Origin: Schmidtea polychroa
Lineage: Eukaryota
NCBI GenBank assembly: GCA_044892525.1
Contig: CM097885.1
Coordinates: forward strand, 42,968,001 to 43,032,000
Reading direction: 5' to 3'
DNA length: 64,000 nt
Shown: one piece after another, positions 62,958 through 64,000 of the stretch
How the letters are laid out: the number at the start of each line of letters is the position of its first letter
How positions within the stretch are numbered: the first letter of the stretch is position 1
Position numbers and translations under genes: made by a program
The notes under the pieces: generated by a model
What the model saw: only the letters and a program-made list of their open reading frames with translations
What the model was told of the DNA's origin: nothing
Databases searched by the model: none

Positions 62958-64000
62958 ACAAAACAACTCACAAATATTCGAAATACCAGCAATCATAAAT
63001 GGAGAACAAATTGACTTTCTCATAGATACAGGCGCTGATCTCAGCATCCTTCCCGCAAACCGTTTCAAGCCTGATAGAAATGGAGAACATCGATCTTTAG
63101 TATCCGCCAACAATTCATCAATCACATACCACGGGCAGAAAACGATTGAATTTACTATTGAAGGATTCAGAACTAAATTTATATGGTCTTTTGCTATAGC
63201 CGGCATATCTCGTCCAATTTTAGGTGCAGACTTCCTGGCCCATCACAAAATCGATGTTAGTTGTCATTCCAGATCAATATGTTGCCCTAGCAGTAACGAA
63301 AGAACAGAAGCGCGGAGAAGCCAATGTACCAAGATCTGTGCTACAATCAACAAAGGAACCACAGTAACCACGAAACTACAAATTATCACCAATGGTTCCC
63401 CTGTAGCTCAAAGACAAAGACCACTTTTTGGAGAAAAATTAGTTGCAACAAAGAAAGAGTTTGACAGACTCTTAAATGAAGGTGTGATTCGGCCAAGCAA
63501 GAGTGACTGGGCATCTCCATTAGTAGTGGTGAAGAAGCCGGATGGGTCATGGCGGCCTTGTGGAGACTACAGAATGTTAAATGAAATAACCCAGCCTGAC
63601 AGATATCCACTTCCGAGAATTCAAGATTTACTGAACAAGATAAACAACCCTCATGTATTCACTAAATTAGATTTGGAAAAGGCATATCATCAAATTCCGA
63701 TTTGTGACGGAGACATTTCAAAGACAGCAGTCATAACACCTTTTGGATTGTTCGAATATACGAAGATGCCTTTTGGACTTCGAAACGCATCTCAAACGTT
63801 TCAGAGACACATAGACAACGTACTCCGAGAACATCAGGAGCATTCCTTATCCTATATTGATGATGTTCTGATATTCTCCAAGACTGAAGCAGAGCATAAA
63901 GAACACGTGGCAAGGGTGATGGCCAGTCTTCAAGCCGCTGGTCTCACAATCAACCAGAGCAAATGCGAATTCCAAACCGAAAAGGTAAACTTTTTGGGTT
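62896..64000 (+). CDS. Gypsy pol (protease, reverse transcriptase), open to the window edge
   Basis: FLIDTGADLS, ILGADFL, WASPLVVVKK, CGDYRMLN, LDLEKAYHQI, MPFGLRNA, YIDDVLIFS. Confidence 0.95.

Larger units (their letters stand above)
61999..64000 (+). mobile_element. Ty3/Gypsy LTR retrotransposon, 5' part
   Basis: TGTAA..TTACA end, PBS TGGTGTCAGAA, gag, protease and RT. Confidence 0.95.

Overview
AT-rich eukaryotic (probably animal; inference from ~45-nt GT-AG introns, (ATT)n/(AT)n microsatellites and the TE content) genomic DNA made mostly of mobile elements. Bases 1-6099 are the right arm of an apparently intact Polinton/Maverick (adintovirus-like) endogenous virus: an adenovirus pX-like protein, a packaging ATPase, a zinc-finger + parvovirus-type PLA2 + rve integrase fusion, a double-jelly-roll major capsid protein, three tRNA-like Pol III units, and a hairpin-rich terminus ending in ACTACT. 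It abuts, and probably inserted into, a Helitron. The rest holds remnants of a second Polinton lineage, a decayed Gypsy carrying an antisense NHERF-like PDZ fragment, a host membrane-protein gene (all phase-1 introns, about 37.9-57.5 kb) whose introns contain nested piggyBac/hAT, pogo and MITE insertions, a Tc1/IS630 inserted in a Penelope element, a Ginger-like integrase remnant, and the 5' part of a young Gypsy with a 19-bp LTR-like end and a -1 frameshift signal. All family calls come from motif recognition by eye; no database searches were run.
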